Shown here in pieces: positions 24,101-38,048 of a stretch of 64,000 bases of DNA. The notes beneath the pieces are model-generated. The model was not told the DNA's origin and did no database searches. It saw only the letters and a list, made by a program, of their open reading frames with translations. The position numbers were made by a program, and so were the translations under genes. Origin of the DNA: Pavona decussata (Eukaryota); assembly GCA_977016875.1 (NCBI GenBank), contig CDRNST010000052.1, positions 496,001 through 560,000 of the forward strand, in the 5' to 3' direction. The number at the start of each line of letters is the position of its first letter. The first letter of the stretch is position 1.

Positions 24101-27100
24101 CTACTGGCAAACGCTTCTTTTAGGAAGGAAGTCGAGACTGGGAGTTCTAGCATGTGCTTTGGCATTTTTTCCCTCTTTAAAGTTCCCTTATCGCCTTTGT
24201 GGAAGTTGCGAATGCGCGCGGATGCAGACAGAAGCACTGCGCATCTGGTACATCTTTTTCTACTTATCGTGAAGATTGCATCGCGCTCACGTACGCACAC
24301 GTGCTGTTTGTTTAAAAATAAATACAAAGCAAATGTCAGCCAAAATTATCAGCACTATTATCAGTGTACATAAGCAAAGGAAGATTGACAGTCAATAGAA
24401 TAGCCTAGAAATGAAACGAGAGCATACTTGGTGCGACATTGTACTTTCGTTGATAGAGATACTAACTTTTGAGTTTGTCCTTTCTTAAATGATTTTTGGT
24501 AAAATCATTTGTTGCTAATAAAAGACTCTCAACTAGAAAATTTGACGAACGCACGCCGTTCTTTTGTCATGCGAATTTGTTCATTCATGGATGACTCTGA
24601 GGGAACTTTTTATACTGAACTGAATTGAATTATTCACGCGACCAAGTCGAGTGGTCATTATCAATCACTTACCACATTTTCGTCGTCTTCTGTGGATGGT
24701 CTACAAAATGGGATCTTATTGTCTCCACAATAAAAAAATTTCCTACGTCAAGCAAATTTTTTAATACCAGATTGCTGTTTGGTGTGACGAGCCGGGTAAA
24801 CTACACAATTACCACATATCGAAAGAATCAAACCATTTTGTTTTGTTGAACTAACCTGCATCCTCGGCACTGGAAATTTGTCCAAACAACGATTATTTCG
24901 ATCCATTCCACTGCCGCTGATCGGCGCGGCCTGGCAATTCATGCTTGGTTTCTTTCCGCCGACGGCAAACTTGCGCAAACATTTCTCTCTCCTTCTCTTT
25001 ACAATAAACTTCAAGCTCGTCCATCGATCTTAATGTACTTTGAACAATTTTTCTCAGCATTGTCACTGAAAATTTCCGGCAAATATCAGTTGAAATTTGC
25101 CCGCGTTTATGTCCAAAGGAGTATAATTTGTCCAAAATAGTTTAGAAAACTTCCCAAGACAAACTAGACCTTGGACTTTGAAACTCAATCACGCGTTAGA
25201 CAGCTCCGGTAGTGACGTCGGCCGTGCGTTTAATTGTTCAGACTATTGGCCTTGTCAATGACTGCTTTTTGTTTTGAAAGATACAAAGAGACATGTGTGG
25301 ACGAGGGATTTCAAGATATGTATCGCTATACAAACAAGAGCTCTATAGAAAGGACTGAAACTTGAACAAGCTGTCTAGGCCTAACCGAGTGACATGCCAA
25401 TCACCGCCGACATGAAAAGTAAAACTGCAACAAGAACCTTTAGTCTGTACTTTCGATATAATGCTGCTAGCACCATCTAAGTCAGAATGAGCGAAAAACA
25501 TGTTAAATGCGAGTATTTCTTTCTGGTAAATTCCAAGCAGAACAAGGTAAAGCGTCTTTTACAAGCTATGATGATGTAATGTACCTCTCACTCAGTTCTT
25601 GCTTCTTTAAATGTAACTCTGATTGCCAAAAGAACGCTTTTCTCAGTTGTTTTAAGGTAAGGCAATTTCACTCGCCAGAGTGGAATTTAACTTCACTGAA
25701 AAACTAGTTTTTCGTTTCAGCATGAGCGCAATTGTGAACTTGAGAGGAATTAACACAAATGCCAGCCAAAGCCCTCATCTTCAACGGCTTTAAGTCCTTC
25801 ATGGCTCCGGTCTGCTCTACTGACATTTGCCCAAGTTCGTCCCAGCCCAGTTTATCCACTACTGCATCACATTACGCACATGAGTTGGTATCCTCATCTG
25901 ATTATCCGCCTATCAATTTCAGACCGTGTACAGTAAGGTGGTTTGGCTTTAAAAATTACGCACTTCGTTGACGTTCCGTCCATTTTGTCAGAGCCGGTCA
26001 ATAGTTGTTTGCCTAAGTAGTCTACAGAGTAGGCTGGTTAGAAACTCTCAACTGAAGCGTGAACAAATTCAGAGCGAGTTTCTTCAAGGCTCGGATTTTT
26101 TCAACTTACGGCTGCCTTAGCCGAGATTCACTCTAAATTCAAACGAGGTTTTAGCCTGAAAATTGGGGCCGATTCGATGTGCAAATACAGCCGGATACAT
26201 ATATCATGATGGCTAATTTGGCTCTCTTAAATTAGGGGCAACTATAGTATTATTTTCAAGGGCTGAAATGCGCCCAAACTTCAGCAGAACAATGTCGAGA
26301 TTTCCTGGTGATCGTTGTAATAAGGTCAGTAGCGCTCCTATTTTATTGCCATGGGAACCCACCAGCTACTTTAAGTGCTTCAGAACTGAAGCTCTGGCGC
26401 GGAGAAGATGCCTTATCGAGATCATAGTGGGGCTGCAACAGATTCTGTATTTTCCAGTTTTCCCGCTGTACACCGTTCATGACAGGTTATTTAAATAGTT
26501 GAAATACTCGAAAAAAAGCTTGAATAGGTTGTTTTATAAGGTTTCAGGTCAATAGTTCTGGGGGTTGATATAAAAAGTCAGACGATGAATGTCCCTGGAA
26601 GAATGCTTCCCTATATTAGCTATACCAGGTATGTACCACCCAAGCTGGGTATCATTTTCGACGCGCCGCTTTGATCTCAGTGAAAATGAATATCAATTTA
26701 AAGTTCAGGGTCCAATTGCAAAAGCACACTTTACGAAGGATTTTCTCGCAAAAGCACGTACCAGCACAGTTTTCTAAACACCTACCCGCTTTCCGAAGGA
26801 TTTTCTCGCCCTCTAACACAAATCACCCAACCAAAGGCCGAATGACGAGTATATTAGGAAACACAAATAGAGCAACGCGGAGAACGGGTGCAGAAAAATA
26901 CCAGTAATCTTATTTTAAGTTGTTTTTCTCAAGTGGGGCCGAGTCTAAAAATGGACATCAATTTAGGTCTGAAAATAGGTATTTACGATTAGGGTCAATC
27001 TAAAAATGGATATTGAAAGATTACATATTTTGGTCTGAAATATTTGCTCTAAAAAAACACATTCTTATAAAACAAGAAATTCCAGCCTTTTCTATATACC

Positions 27101-27389
27101 TTATTGTCGAACTAATTTTCGAAAATTCTCAATTCGGTTTCAAGGTCCCACGTTTTTCAACTCGCTAAGTCATGAAATTCAAAACAGTGAAATTATCAGT
27201 TTGTTTGGCAAAAGACTTAAAAAATTCCTTCTTTCTAAGTTAAATTGACTCTTTGTTGAGCTACACACCTTTTCTTTACCTTTTCTTTTTTTTTTCTTTC
27301 TTTCTTTTTCTCTTCTTTAAAAAAAAAAAATAATTGGAATTTTCAATCAGTACCCTTAACTTCTATGGTTTATCCTATAGTTCTAGGAA

Positions 27390-27586
27390 GCCTATAGTTA
27401 ATAAGCCCCCGGCTTCTATATAGGCTTCCTAGCCTTTAATCCTTTTAATATTGTAAATAGTTAAGTATGAACATTGTAATAGTAAGAATATTGTGTGTCG
27501 TCTATAATGTATTTATGTTGTATTTTTTTTGGTTAATGGCAAAATAAACGAATTGAATTGAATTGAATTGAATTGAATTGAATTGA
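27390..27586 (+). mobile_element. LINE (CR1/L2 group) 3' end remnant with (GAATT)n tail
   Basis: AAGCCCCCGGCTT hairpin, AT-rich tract, AATAAA, then about 7 GAATT units at 27550-27586. Confidence 0.5.
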
Positions 27587-28226
27587 AAAACTAATATTTC
27601 GGTCTGAAATGGTCAAGGGTTGCAAGAGGTGAACTTCACAGTCCCGCTAAAAAAATTGGAAAGTGCCCCCTCCCCTGGGTGAAGTTTGATCGTTTTTGTC
27701 TGGAATACAGTTTAAACAGTTCGATGAAAAATTATAGGACTGATATTGATTACAGACCTCAGCCGGACAAAAAAAAGAAAGAAAGAAAGAAAGAAAGCAG
27801 GGCAGAATAAAGTTAACTATCTGTGACCAATCAAACTCAGTTGACCACAAGAGAGCACTCGGAAAACAGTGTGTGATAACAAACTGCACTGAAGTAACTG
27901 AAATTATCAAACAAGAACTTGTTTACAGAAAAGTTTCCTGCTCAGCTGCTTAAAAAGCTGGACTTCTGCTCTTCAGTTCCCAACCTTAGTTCACAGCTTT
28001 GCTTATTGAGGTAAACCAACTGATTGATTTATTATAATTGTCAGATTTATAGTAAACATATACATTATATAGTATAATGATATAAACAGTTTTAAATTTA
28101 TGTTAACATGATTTCACCTTGAAACATCAATATAGTTAAAGTACAGGCGAGCACATTAAATTCGTTATCAATGTCAGATTTCCGGAATAAACGCTACACC
28201 AATGATATCAACAGACAGGTGAACAG

Positions 28227-28474
28227 GGCCCAGTTGTTGTGTACTAGAAGCCCCATTAAGCTTATCCTGGATTAACGTTAAGTTTGAGTTTAAATACTAA
28301 TCAACAAAGATTCGTCCAAAAGATTTTTGCCGTTCAGTTTTGACTTGGACGTTTCTTTAACTTAAGCTTAAAATGAGCTTAAAAAAAAAAAAAATAGAAA
28401 AAAAAAGCCAGACGAAAACCTCGGTTCACCTTTAGTAATGGTTTAGCGTTAATCGGCTTCCGAACAACCTGGCC
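28227..28474. mobile_element. Harbinger-type MITE with CAG target duplication
   Basis: CAG|GGCCCAGTTGTT ... GAACAACCTGGCC|CAG, the same terminus style as the element end at 923. Confidence 0.65.
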
Positions 28475-31400
28475 CAGATTAGTTGTCTTGACAAATAGGT
28501 TATTTCGGTCCAGATTGGACCTAAAAGGATAACTGAAATTCAGTAGGAAGGGCAAAGTAACAATCATCTTCACTTGTCGGCCAACACAGAAACATTATGC
28601 CTCTGGTGAACGCCCGAATGGCTGTGTCACTGGAGGCACACACTGATAGACAACCGGGCAGCCGAGGCGAAATAGTAAGATGTATTTCCAAAGGATCTGG
28701 AAAGAAGCAGACTAGCAACAATTTTTATAAGAATAACGACACATTTGAGTTAACAAGACATGTTTCTGTTGCTAGCCGATTCGTGTCAAAAGTTAAACAC
28801 TCATGATTCAGTCTGCTGGCGTCTCTCGGTCCCTACGCCAAAACTCCAACGGTTCCTGATAGCTATAACAACTAAAATGAGTGCTCTGAAACCGGTCTAA
28901 CTGTACTAAAGTCAGAACTAAGCTTAGCTCTTTGTGCATAGTGAGCCATTTTTTTTTATTTAATCCGAACTGATTCGGGTGAACTCAAAATTGCCAGAAA
29001 TTCTCTGATGAAGGGATTGCATGTTTTCTGAGTTCGCTGCAAATTACAGAAACGTTGTCAGATTGTATCGGTAAACTTTGGAATTTGATCAAGTTATGGT
29101 AGAGAAATAAATTTCAGGCGTACTCCGAGCCCAAATAACTTTTTCCGTCACGAAATATAGTTAACTTTCCATTATTTTTCTTCTGACCACTACAGAGGTT
29201 CAGCTGTGACTAGTGTAAAAGCGGAACCGTGAGACAAAAACATTTTTATCTCAGTCTTGCAAAACACGAAGGGGTTTAGTGAGACGACCAAATTACAATG
29301 AATTCAACAAATAAGAGGAAAATTTTTGGTAAAAGGATGTGACTTATCCCAAATAAAGAGTTGAATCAAAGACGGAATTTTCTGAGGGGTCGAGAATACG
29401 TGCAAAAGAGCAAAAACGAGAAAGACAGTACGTAAGGGAAATTTGGTTTCTTCACTGAATTTCCGGATAAAAAGAATGACGATATAACCGGCCGTGGGGA
29501 ACGTTTTCTCCATTCTTTTAACGAAGGTAATAAACTTGACAAATCCAGTAGCGTGGTAGCTATAGTTGTTATCGTAGCTGCTGTTAGCAGGTGCTACCAG
29601 GAGGAAAGGCATTGCTTCGGTTCAATCTCGAAGAGTATCGAGCTAACAAGGTGAAACGTTGCGAGAGCTGCTACAACACTCTCTAAAAATGAACAACACC
29701 ATACCGGGAGCTCAAATTCTCTGTAGTAAATTGGCGCACTTTAACCGTGATGCCTTGACTCAATATATTACACTATAGATACATATATAACTTAAACTAT
29801 GACCGATATTTGAATATGAACTTATAAAACGGCCAGCTCCCTGGTGGCTTGATAGATGTTATGGTTTCACAAGCCGGGTTGTGGATAATTCAAACTCTAT
29901 CAATCCTAGATTTTCTTAGGTTCTTTTTGCAGAGTTGCTCAGGTCATTCAGTGGACCACATGAAAGTTTGGCTCTCGGATCACTCGATCGTCTGAATTGG
30001 GCACTCAAGAATTTCAGCCGGCTCCCAAATTAATAATTTGCAACTCGCAGCCGAACTGTTTGAACTTACCTTTGTAGTGAAGCTTATGGACAGTGCGTCT
30101 GATCTGTTCCTTAGTTCAAGGCGAATCGCAACAGTTTAAAAAGAGCTTTTACTTCACAGCCGTTTTAAACCATTCATCAGCTTGGAACCGGTGTCGCGTT
30201 TCATTCGAGTTCCTTTTACAAGATGCGCGTCACTTTTTTGCGCAATTTGTGGCAAAGAGCTTCAAATTCTTTCAATCTCTTCACGTCTTGCAACGTCACA
30301 GTTGAGCAGGCTCTGTTCAATAGCATTCTTTCAACTCACTGATTCGGAAACGCCGTGAGCTATTTCTTTTTGAGTGGACGTGACCTGTCTTTGACTAAGC
30401 CTGAAACCGTCAAAACACGCCATTTATACATCAGCCGATTAGAATATAATTGCAAGTAATACCAAGCTTGTTAACATGTGATACTTCGGAAGGCGCCAAA
30501 TGGACAAAAAAGAACCATCACATTCTGATAAAGAAGAAGTCCTTAAAACTGTGCTCTGCCACGGCCGGGGGAAGGATACTCACGGAAGTTCGGGTCGAAA
30601 TAAGTTACTTTGCAGGGAGAATAGGATTTGATCCGCCAAGTCCAAATCATTTCTGTTTGCACTGTAAGATCAAACCTTTATAATAAACCAAGATTCCTGA
30701 TCACGGTACAAATTATGCAATATATAGTTTAGATGACAAACGTTCGTGTCTTTGGGCAGCACCCCAGTGCTATTTGCGTTATGTAGGGAACTTTGTAGCT
30801 CAGCCCCCTCCCCTCCCCCCTCTCTTCCCCCAGCAACCTGTTCCACGTGAAGTGTTCTGTTTTGGGTTCACTGGAAATCATGCCGCAATACAGAGGGTAC
30901 TGAGAGGTTTAGACCCCAAAGTATATCTCGACCCCTTGTATTGATTGGTCCGCCAACATAGCCACCGTATTAATTGTCCGTCATTTTATTCCTAGAGATT
31001 AGTTGCTTTTTGTTTTGTTTTTTAACAACTAAATTGGGCTAGATTCAGGCTACAAAAACTACATTGTGTGTTCACAAAGAAAGTAGTTACCCAAACTGCG
31101 CAGGGGGCACGAACAAAACGTTGGTACCGATGCGAGGCACCTTCCCCGTAAAATGTAAAACAGAGAATCAAATATAATGTAAGTCTCTTCACTAAGATTA
31201 CAGTCTAACCAGTGTCAACAAGGGGATTAATGTTGGCTCAGCTGGATTCAGTCATGAATGAAGTTATGCTCCTAAGCTTAATCTCTATTCCTTTATCAAT
31301 TTGCGTCAAGAAGATCCCATATTGTCTTGCTTTAATTTCCAACTTTTGCTTTTATAAACTGAATAAGCTTCTTCTTCTTCTTTTTTTTTTTTTTTTTAAT

Positions 31401-34400
31401 TTTTCGGTACCCTCAGTTCTCTCCCTGAGGTAAGGTTCATAGTCTTGTAGCATGCGTTCTGGCTGACAGCTATAAAGCAGTACTTCAATGCTGTGCCGGC
31501 TTATATTCACTAATTCCCTATGTAAAGCTAAAGCTGTGGAAGAATTTGCTTCTTACGTTCGAGTCGAGTCTACATGAAATCCTAAACTCGGTAAAGGGAT
31601 CAGTTGACTAGTGGATTGAAAAGTGCTGTTTTGCATTTTGGGATGTTGTTTCTCTATGTTTTACGCATTGCAAAAAGTATTTTTCCTGTTTTGTTAGTGA
31701 ACACGTTTGAGAGTACAGGATTAAAAACAGAATGACCATAAATAGCTTGACCTAGACCGTACATTTTCATCGCTGAAAACTTTCCTGAACCGAAAAATGA
31801 GTCAACACAGGAGCCGCTCCTGGTCGACAACATTCCCCTAATTCCTTCACTTTTTAACTTAAATATAGCTTCGTTTCAGAGCAATCTCAATATTTTGCGT
31901 AAATTGAATAAAAACAAAACAGTCTGCGTATTGCGTTAATTTACGCATTTTGAATTCTCTGCGGTTTTCGTAATTTGTCGGTCTATCTATATGACATTCC
32001 CGTTATAATTCTGGAAGCCAGGCGATAAAATGAGTGCTATAGAGTTACATATTTCTTCAGATAATTTTCCCAAGAACAAAATTCATTCCGAATAGGAGAA
32101 CTCTGCTTTTTGTTTGGTCAGTTTCTATTGAACAAACACAGCCCGGGATCCTTGAATTAACGCCGCGTTCAGCGCTTCAGCACTTGTCCTGTCTAGACTA
32201 AAATATGGTCTTAAATCATTTGTTTTTCCTATTTCTGTCACTTGTGACATCGGCCTTTTTGATTTTTTCCAGTAATACACATAACTCTGAATTCGGATTA
32301 TTCAGCCGTTTTCTCAGTGAGACAGGTTTTGTTGTCTGGCTTTCAGGAAATAAAAAAAAAAGGAGGAAAAAAAATCAGTGTTCTGAGTGGTACTCTCATG
32401 CCAAGAAGTGCTTAACTTTCAACTACAAAAAATGTGACGAATCAGCAGAAATATTTCCCGGCTCAATTTTCAACTGCAAAAAGTGATGACTCAGCAGAAA
32501 TATCCCCATTTCGTTCTTATACCAAACTAGTGGGCTCTGATTGGCTACTACTCAGTACATACACGCACGCACGCGTGCACTTGTGGTGCCTGATTGGAGC
32601 TGTTCGCGACTCGGTAAATATCTGCTACTCTTCACCGACACTTAAGAAAATTAATTGTTAGTTATCAGCCCAGAGATGATTTATCCCTATATTTTCCAGT
32701 TTTGCCTTACTCAACTGGGAGACTTTTCAGTGTCGTAACTGAGTCAAGAGGCAGTTCCTGAACAGATCATTTCTGCGAGTAGATGGCGTTAATCGCCCTC
32801 GCACACAGCTGGGATTTCGGGAAAAAAAGCAGTTTGTAGATTCGGCAAGGGGAAACCAAAACACTCTGTTCTCTCAGATACTTTCAGTTGGCACCACTTC
32901 AACCGATTCACGAAAAGAATAATAAACACATCAAACTGTGTTTGTTTTGCAGAAATGTCCCAAACGATATAGAACTGATTAAACTGGTTACTTATTACAC
33001 AGCATCCAAAAAAATCGATAACAAGCTTTATTGCTCGCATTCTTGGGTTTCCGTTAACACTGAATTATTATTATTATTGTTACAATGGTATTACATTGAA
33101 TATGATAAACACTTTTGTAGCTGAACCGTAACCTACCTGTGTTCAAGTGTTGGTGCAATCATATTATTTGAATAAAGTCGTTGATGTTTTTGATACTCAG
33201 TGAAGTAACCTCCAATAATATGTGTTGTTCATATCCATAGGCAGACAGTCTGTACATGACTCCTCAGGCATGCAGGACTCGCCCAAAAGAAATACAATTC
33301 AGTAATGATCCAATTATCTTGCTGTGAAGGCCGCCGGCTTAATCATAGTTTATATGGCCTCGGAGAAAAATGATGGTATTTTAATAGGCTTGTAATTCTT
33401 TTGGTCATGTTTTATATTGATCTCATTATTAACTTCTAAACGATATCAGTCTCGTAAATATAATCCTTGAAACTTACTGTAAGGAGCAAAATAAATGTAC
33501 AGTGTCCCCAAACGTTTTATAAAATTGCTTGCACGTGGCAGTGACCGACTCGGCGAAAGCCCAAGTCACTGCGCATATTTCCTGCTAAAAAAATTGTCAT
33601 CTTTCTTTTTCTATGTAATGTGATGACGCAAATTAGATTGTTATAAACTGAGAGTAAATAGTACAAACGGATAAAAGATTGAAAATCTGAAATCTAGAAA
33701 GATATGTTGATGGAACGTAAAAGGATTTTCCTCGCTGATTTACTTCTAAAAATATTTTGCGTGCTCCTGTTTGCTAGGCTTTATGCCAGCAACATGCCAA
33801 CTATACATTTCCTGTACAAAGAAGCAGCTTACACGATAATTCTATGAAATTGGGCTTCATGTAAAAATCTGAGGTATTCTTCAAAACGTTATTGCGTCAA
33901 CACATTCTTTTAACCCATTATATGCTGCCAAAAATCTCATTAAACTGACAGCGTGCGGCCAAAAGCAGAGGTCATGGTCCATAAGTATATGTCGAACATT
34001 ACCATGCCGAATAAGTACTAGTAGCAAGCCGAAGAATCCAGATGACGTCAGTAAAATATAGATGATGACAGACCGCGTCGTTTTAACGTCGACTGCACGT
34101 ATTGCGTATCTTAGTTTTAACTGCAATATATGTATAAACGCATTTGGTTTTTATACCTTTTTAGGTCAGATACAATTATTTTTTTAAGATGAGTTTTATC
34201 ATCAACATTGACCGCCCAAACAGCATATGGCTTGAATCTATTAATTGAAGTCAAACTGGCAGACAGTTTTAGTGTGCAAGAAAAATGTAGACAAGTCCAG
34301 AATTTCCAGACAAAAAAAACCAAGATATTAGTCAATGCGGCTTACCCCAGCCAATACACGAAAACTTGTCATTCCGACCGTTTTCCCTATATTCCCAGCT

Positions 34401-36622
34401 AGCAAACCTGCTGAAAGCCTACGTACAACCATCTCAGAGGCGAATCCAGAACTTGACGTATGTGACGAGCCCGCTCTCCAACACTGGACTTGCTTCTCTT
34501 TGTGAAGCGAAATATCTCGGCTAGTCGGGGCCTCAGTTTTGGGCTACGATAAAAGCCCCCCACCCCCTCCCCTCGGAGCCTTTCCCAAGATCCGCCAATG
34601 ACTTTTGTGTTTACGAAAGCAGTGACAACTCTTAAGTCCCGTCCACGCGAATCCGTTTTCGATCGTTTTGACTTAAAAACGGAGATATTAGAAAAACACA
34701 AGTTTTTTGACCACATTTTTCGTCTTATTTCCGAGTACTGAGTGGTCTATGAGAAGTAAGGGGGACTGCCGTTTGAAATCATTCGTCCGCTCACAGGCGC
34801 TCATGCCATTCGGTCGTGTTTCCCTGCTGTTCAGGTTATAGGGACTCAGCTGTATTTCGTTTATTGCTTCCTGTTGGTCGGTTAAACAGGTGCCATACTG
34901 AGTTCGGTTTTATTATATGTTTAAACATTTCTCTTGTTTTGAATAACAACCCTTAACAAAACTATAGAGACGTTAGCCAAGGTCAGCATGGTTGACAAAA
35001 GGGACGCGTAACTTATGGCACTGATGAAATATTCACAACTCGCCGATCCATGCAACACGGACGAATCGCTTCATCTGAAGAAGTTCTAAGAGGGAAAAAC
35101 GCCTGGAAACATGTTTAAAATTTTGTCTGAACGAGGTTCAAGACATATTGTACACTGAATCAACGAAATGATTGTTCTCAGTCTGCTTTTCAGAGAACAG
35201 GTAACTAAACTGTTTTCGAACGGAATAAAACTAAACATGCCGATAAAAAAGAAAGCGTTGGCATGCTTGAACAGCAGTGAACCATAGATGATAGATGGGC
35301 CAATCGGGAGTCAGTCGTTTTATATAACCTTGACTTACTCAGCTGAATGAAGCATATGTTTTCCTGGTGATACTTTTGTTTACAGCATAATGCTTTCATA
35401 ATATGCAACTGAGATATATCTGTGACTGACGAGCTAAGGAAATCATCTCAAATTAGTTCGCCGTGGCTAACGTTACGTTTTGCCTGTCTGTTTTTTGGGA
35501 TTTCGGTAGCCGTGAGTGTTTGGATCAAAGTTGTTGGCAGAATTATACGATTCTGACCCAAATAATATAAGAAATAAATGACCCGGTGTGTGACCTGGAG
35601 AACTGAAATTTTGGTTGGACAATCCGCGACCCATTCAGTTAGAGCGAAAGAGGTAGAGGGATTTCAGACTTTGCTCCACATGGAAATTAACTGTTATCGT
35701 TTTCCCATACAAACACATCAATTTACACCATTTTTGCCGGGGCTCCCGTCCTTTTTAAAAGAAAACCCCAGTCTCTGCGCCTTTATTTTTGCGTGAACTC
35801 GCTCACTCATTTTAGCCGTTCCGACTTTTGGAAGAGGATTTCTTGAGAAACTAGGGAAACTAGGTGTATGTGTGGTGACTTTTTGTATTTATCAGGTTTT
35901 CCGGCGTGGGTCTCAAGTACTGTCGTACCATCTATTCCTAACCAAAAATTACTGGCGTAGTATTTCTCCAACGCATGTGTTGCAATTTTTGGTCGTGTAG
36001 TAATTTCTTACAATTTATGGGTATTATGTTGAGGGAAACCCAAATATAATATAAATTTTTGTGGAGAAAATTGGAACTGAGAATTCAGTAACTGAATGCT
36101 GAAGAACATGAGCTCGTGAGGTAACTTCTGGTCCGCAGATAACTGATCGATAACAATCGATATAATCTGATAATCGATAATAATCATTGCATAATCCCTG
36201 CCGCTTGATACGGGCGGCATATTAAAAGTTCCAAATGTAACAATCCTCCGAAAGAAGCTTCCCTCCGGTGAAATCAGCGATGAAACAACGAAAAAATTGA
36301 TTCGTAACAACACGCAGCCTAATTGATGTATCATTTCATCTACACAAATTTTTGTGTAAAGTGTCCTTTGACTTGTCTCCACAAGGCTGTCATGCTCACG
36401 AATAGACCAGGCGACAGGAGCATCAAATGCTACGCATGTCTTGCCTCTTGACTGTTTAATTTCATGTCAGCTAGTTTTTAAGTGTCTAGTTTTTCCTTGT
36501 TTTAACGAAAACAATAAATTTCATATTTTCTTATATGCCTGATGGACTTCAGCCCAATCCCCCCTCCACTCTTGAATGACTTATGCGCCTGTCATACTAA
36601 ACGTAAGCGGCTGTAACTATTC

Positions 36623-36636
36623 GTTGTCATGGCAAT
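36623..36636 (+). promoter_or_regulatory. RFX X-box upstream of the PIFO-like gene
   Basis: GTTGTCATGGCAAT (consensus GTTNCCATGGNAAC), about 150 bp upstream of the ATG of a ciliary gene. Confidence 0.65.
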
Positions 36637-36785
36637 AAAGAGACTTTTGCGGCAAACAGCAAATTCCGCGTAGAGAACACCATTTTGACTTTTTGTGTCA
36701 AAGGAAACAACAAAATCATGACTACAAATGACGGTATATTGAGAAGAAATTTATATATAAGGGATTAGCACAACGGTAGTGACTA

Positions 36786-36947
36786 ATGGAACGCAGTTTT
36801 TGCTTTATAGGACGAGGAGCGGTCGCTTTTGGAACAACTCTTAACCGCGAACTCTTGCCGCTCAAAGTGCCACCGAATCGCTTTGGAAACGAGCTTGGGT
36901 TACGAGGCGCACCAAATCGTGGTCCGGGGTGTTATGACAATGCAGAG
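36786..36947 (+). CDS. PIFO: Pitchfork/CIMAP3-like ciliary microtubule-associated protein, exon 1
   Basis: AFGTTLNRELLPLKVPPNRFGNELGLRGAPNRGPGCY closely parallels the recalled PIFO N-terminus (FGT..R.LFP..PPN.GN..LRG.P.RGPGCY). GAG|gtaact donor. Confidence 0.85.
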
Positions 36948-37810
36948 GTAACTAAACGTATTGCTTTTGTCTTGACCGTATGTTTTTTTTCAGATTTTGT
37001 CTTGAAAATCTTTGAACTAGTCCGCGAAAAGGGGCTGAGGTCGATGGTCAATTGCGTGATTTGTAAACGAAATTGACATGCTTTCAATAAGCTTTCATTC
37101 ATACAATCTTACCCACAGCGCTTGAGAATATATACCGTGGTGTTGGCCTTTTTCGCGAAGTTAAGTGTCGCAATGTTGCTCTGCCCCTCAAAATTATAAG
37201 TTTAAAGTTTTTAACTTTATGTACAGCTTGAGTGAATGCTACCCTGCAAGATACGCTGTTCATTTGTTGCATGTAAACTTATGTTCTGCATATAATTTGT
37301 ACGTTTGAGTTTCTGTTCTACGTGGAAAAGTGAGGGCAAGGTAAAATCTGTTTTAATTTAAGCTAGATTAAACAGTCAGGCTTTTTATCTCCAAGATCTT
37401 ACAACGGTGGGACAAGGAGCTAGATGCCACATCTAACATTTATATTTATACAGAATATACAAATTTAGTAGTATCTCCTTGGGGAGCTGGTTTATACCCT
37501 GCAAGGTGAGGTTCCTTCCTTGCCCTACATCTATTCGCTGGCAGGTGGCCGAATAAGAAACCTCTGCAAACATCCATCCAATTCCTATTGTGCATGCATG
37601 GTGCACGTCATACTCCATTATGTGAATTGTCACTTCCAGTCCTGCATTTTAGCATGTCACATCAACAACACTGCCTCGAAAGTTTCAAAGGAAGTTTTTC
37701 GCCAAAATATCAGCAAAGTCACAAATGTATTCAAGCATTCACAAATTATATCAATTAATCTTTAGCACCCCACTATGGTCGTCCAAATGTTTCAATATTC
37801 GCTAAGTTGT

Positions 37811-38048
37811 ATTCGCTGTCGCTAAATTACATTCGCTATCGCTAAATTACATTCGCTGTCGCTAAATTGTTCATTCGCTGTCGCTAATACTTATTCGCTA
37901 TCGCTAAATGGTACATTCGCTATCGCTAATACTCATTTGCTATCGCTAAATTTCATTCGCTTTCGCTAAATTACATTCGCTGTCGCTAATACTTATTCGC
38001 TATCGCTGATATTCATTCGCTCTCGCTAAATTTCATTCGCTGTCGCTG
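37811..38048 (+). repeat. 20-22-bp tandem array, left arm (12 units)
   Basis: Unit is ATTCGCTNTCGCT plus a 7-9-nt variable part. Confidence 0.92.

Noticed and set aside
37811-38048. Constant-repeat/variable-spacer array resembling a CRISPR
   Set aside because: The repeat is about 13 nt and the variable part 7-9 nt and recurrent. There are no cas genes, the context is a eukaryotic intron, and it is mirrored in the other transposon arm.
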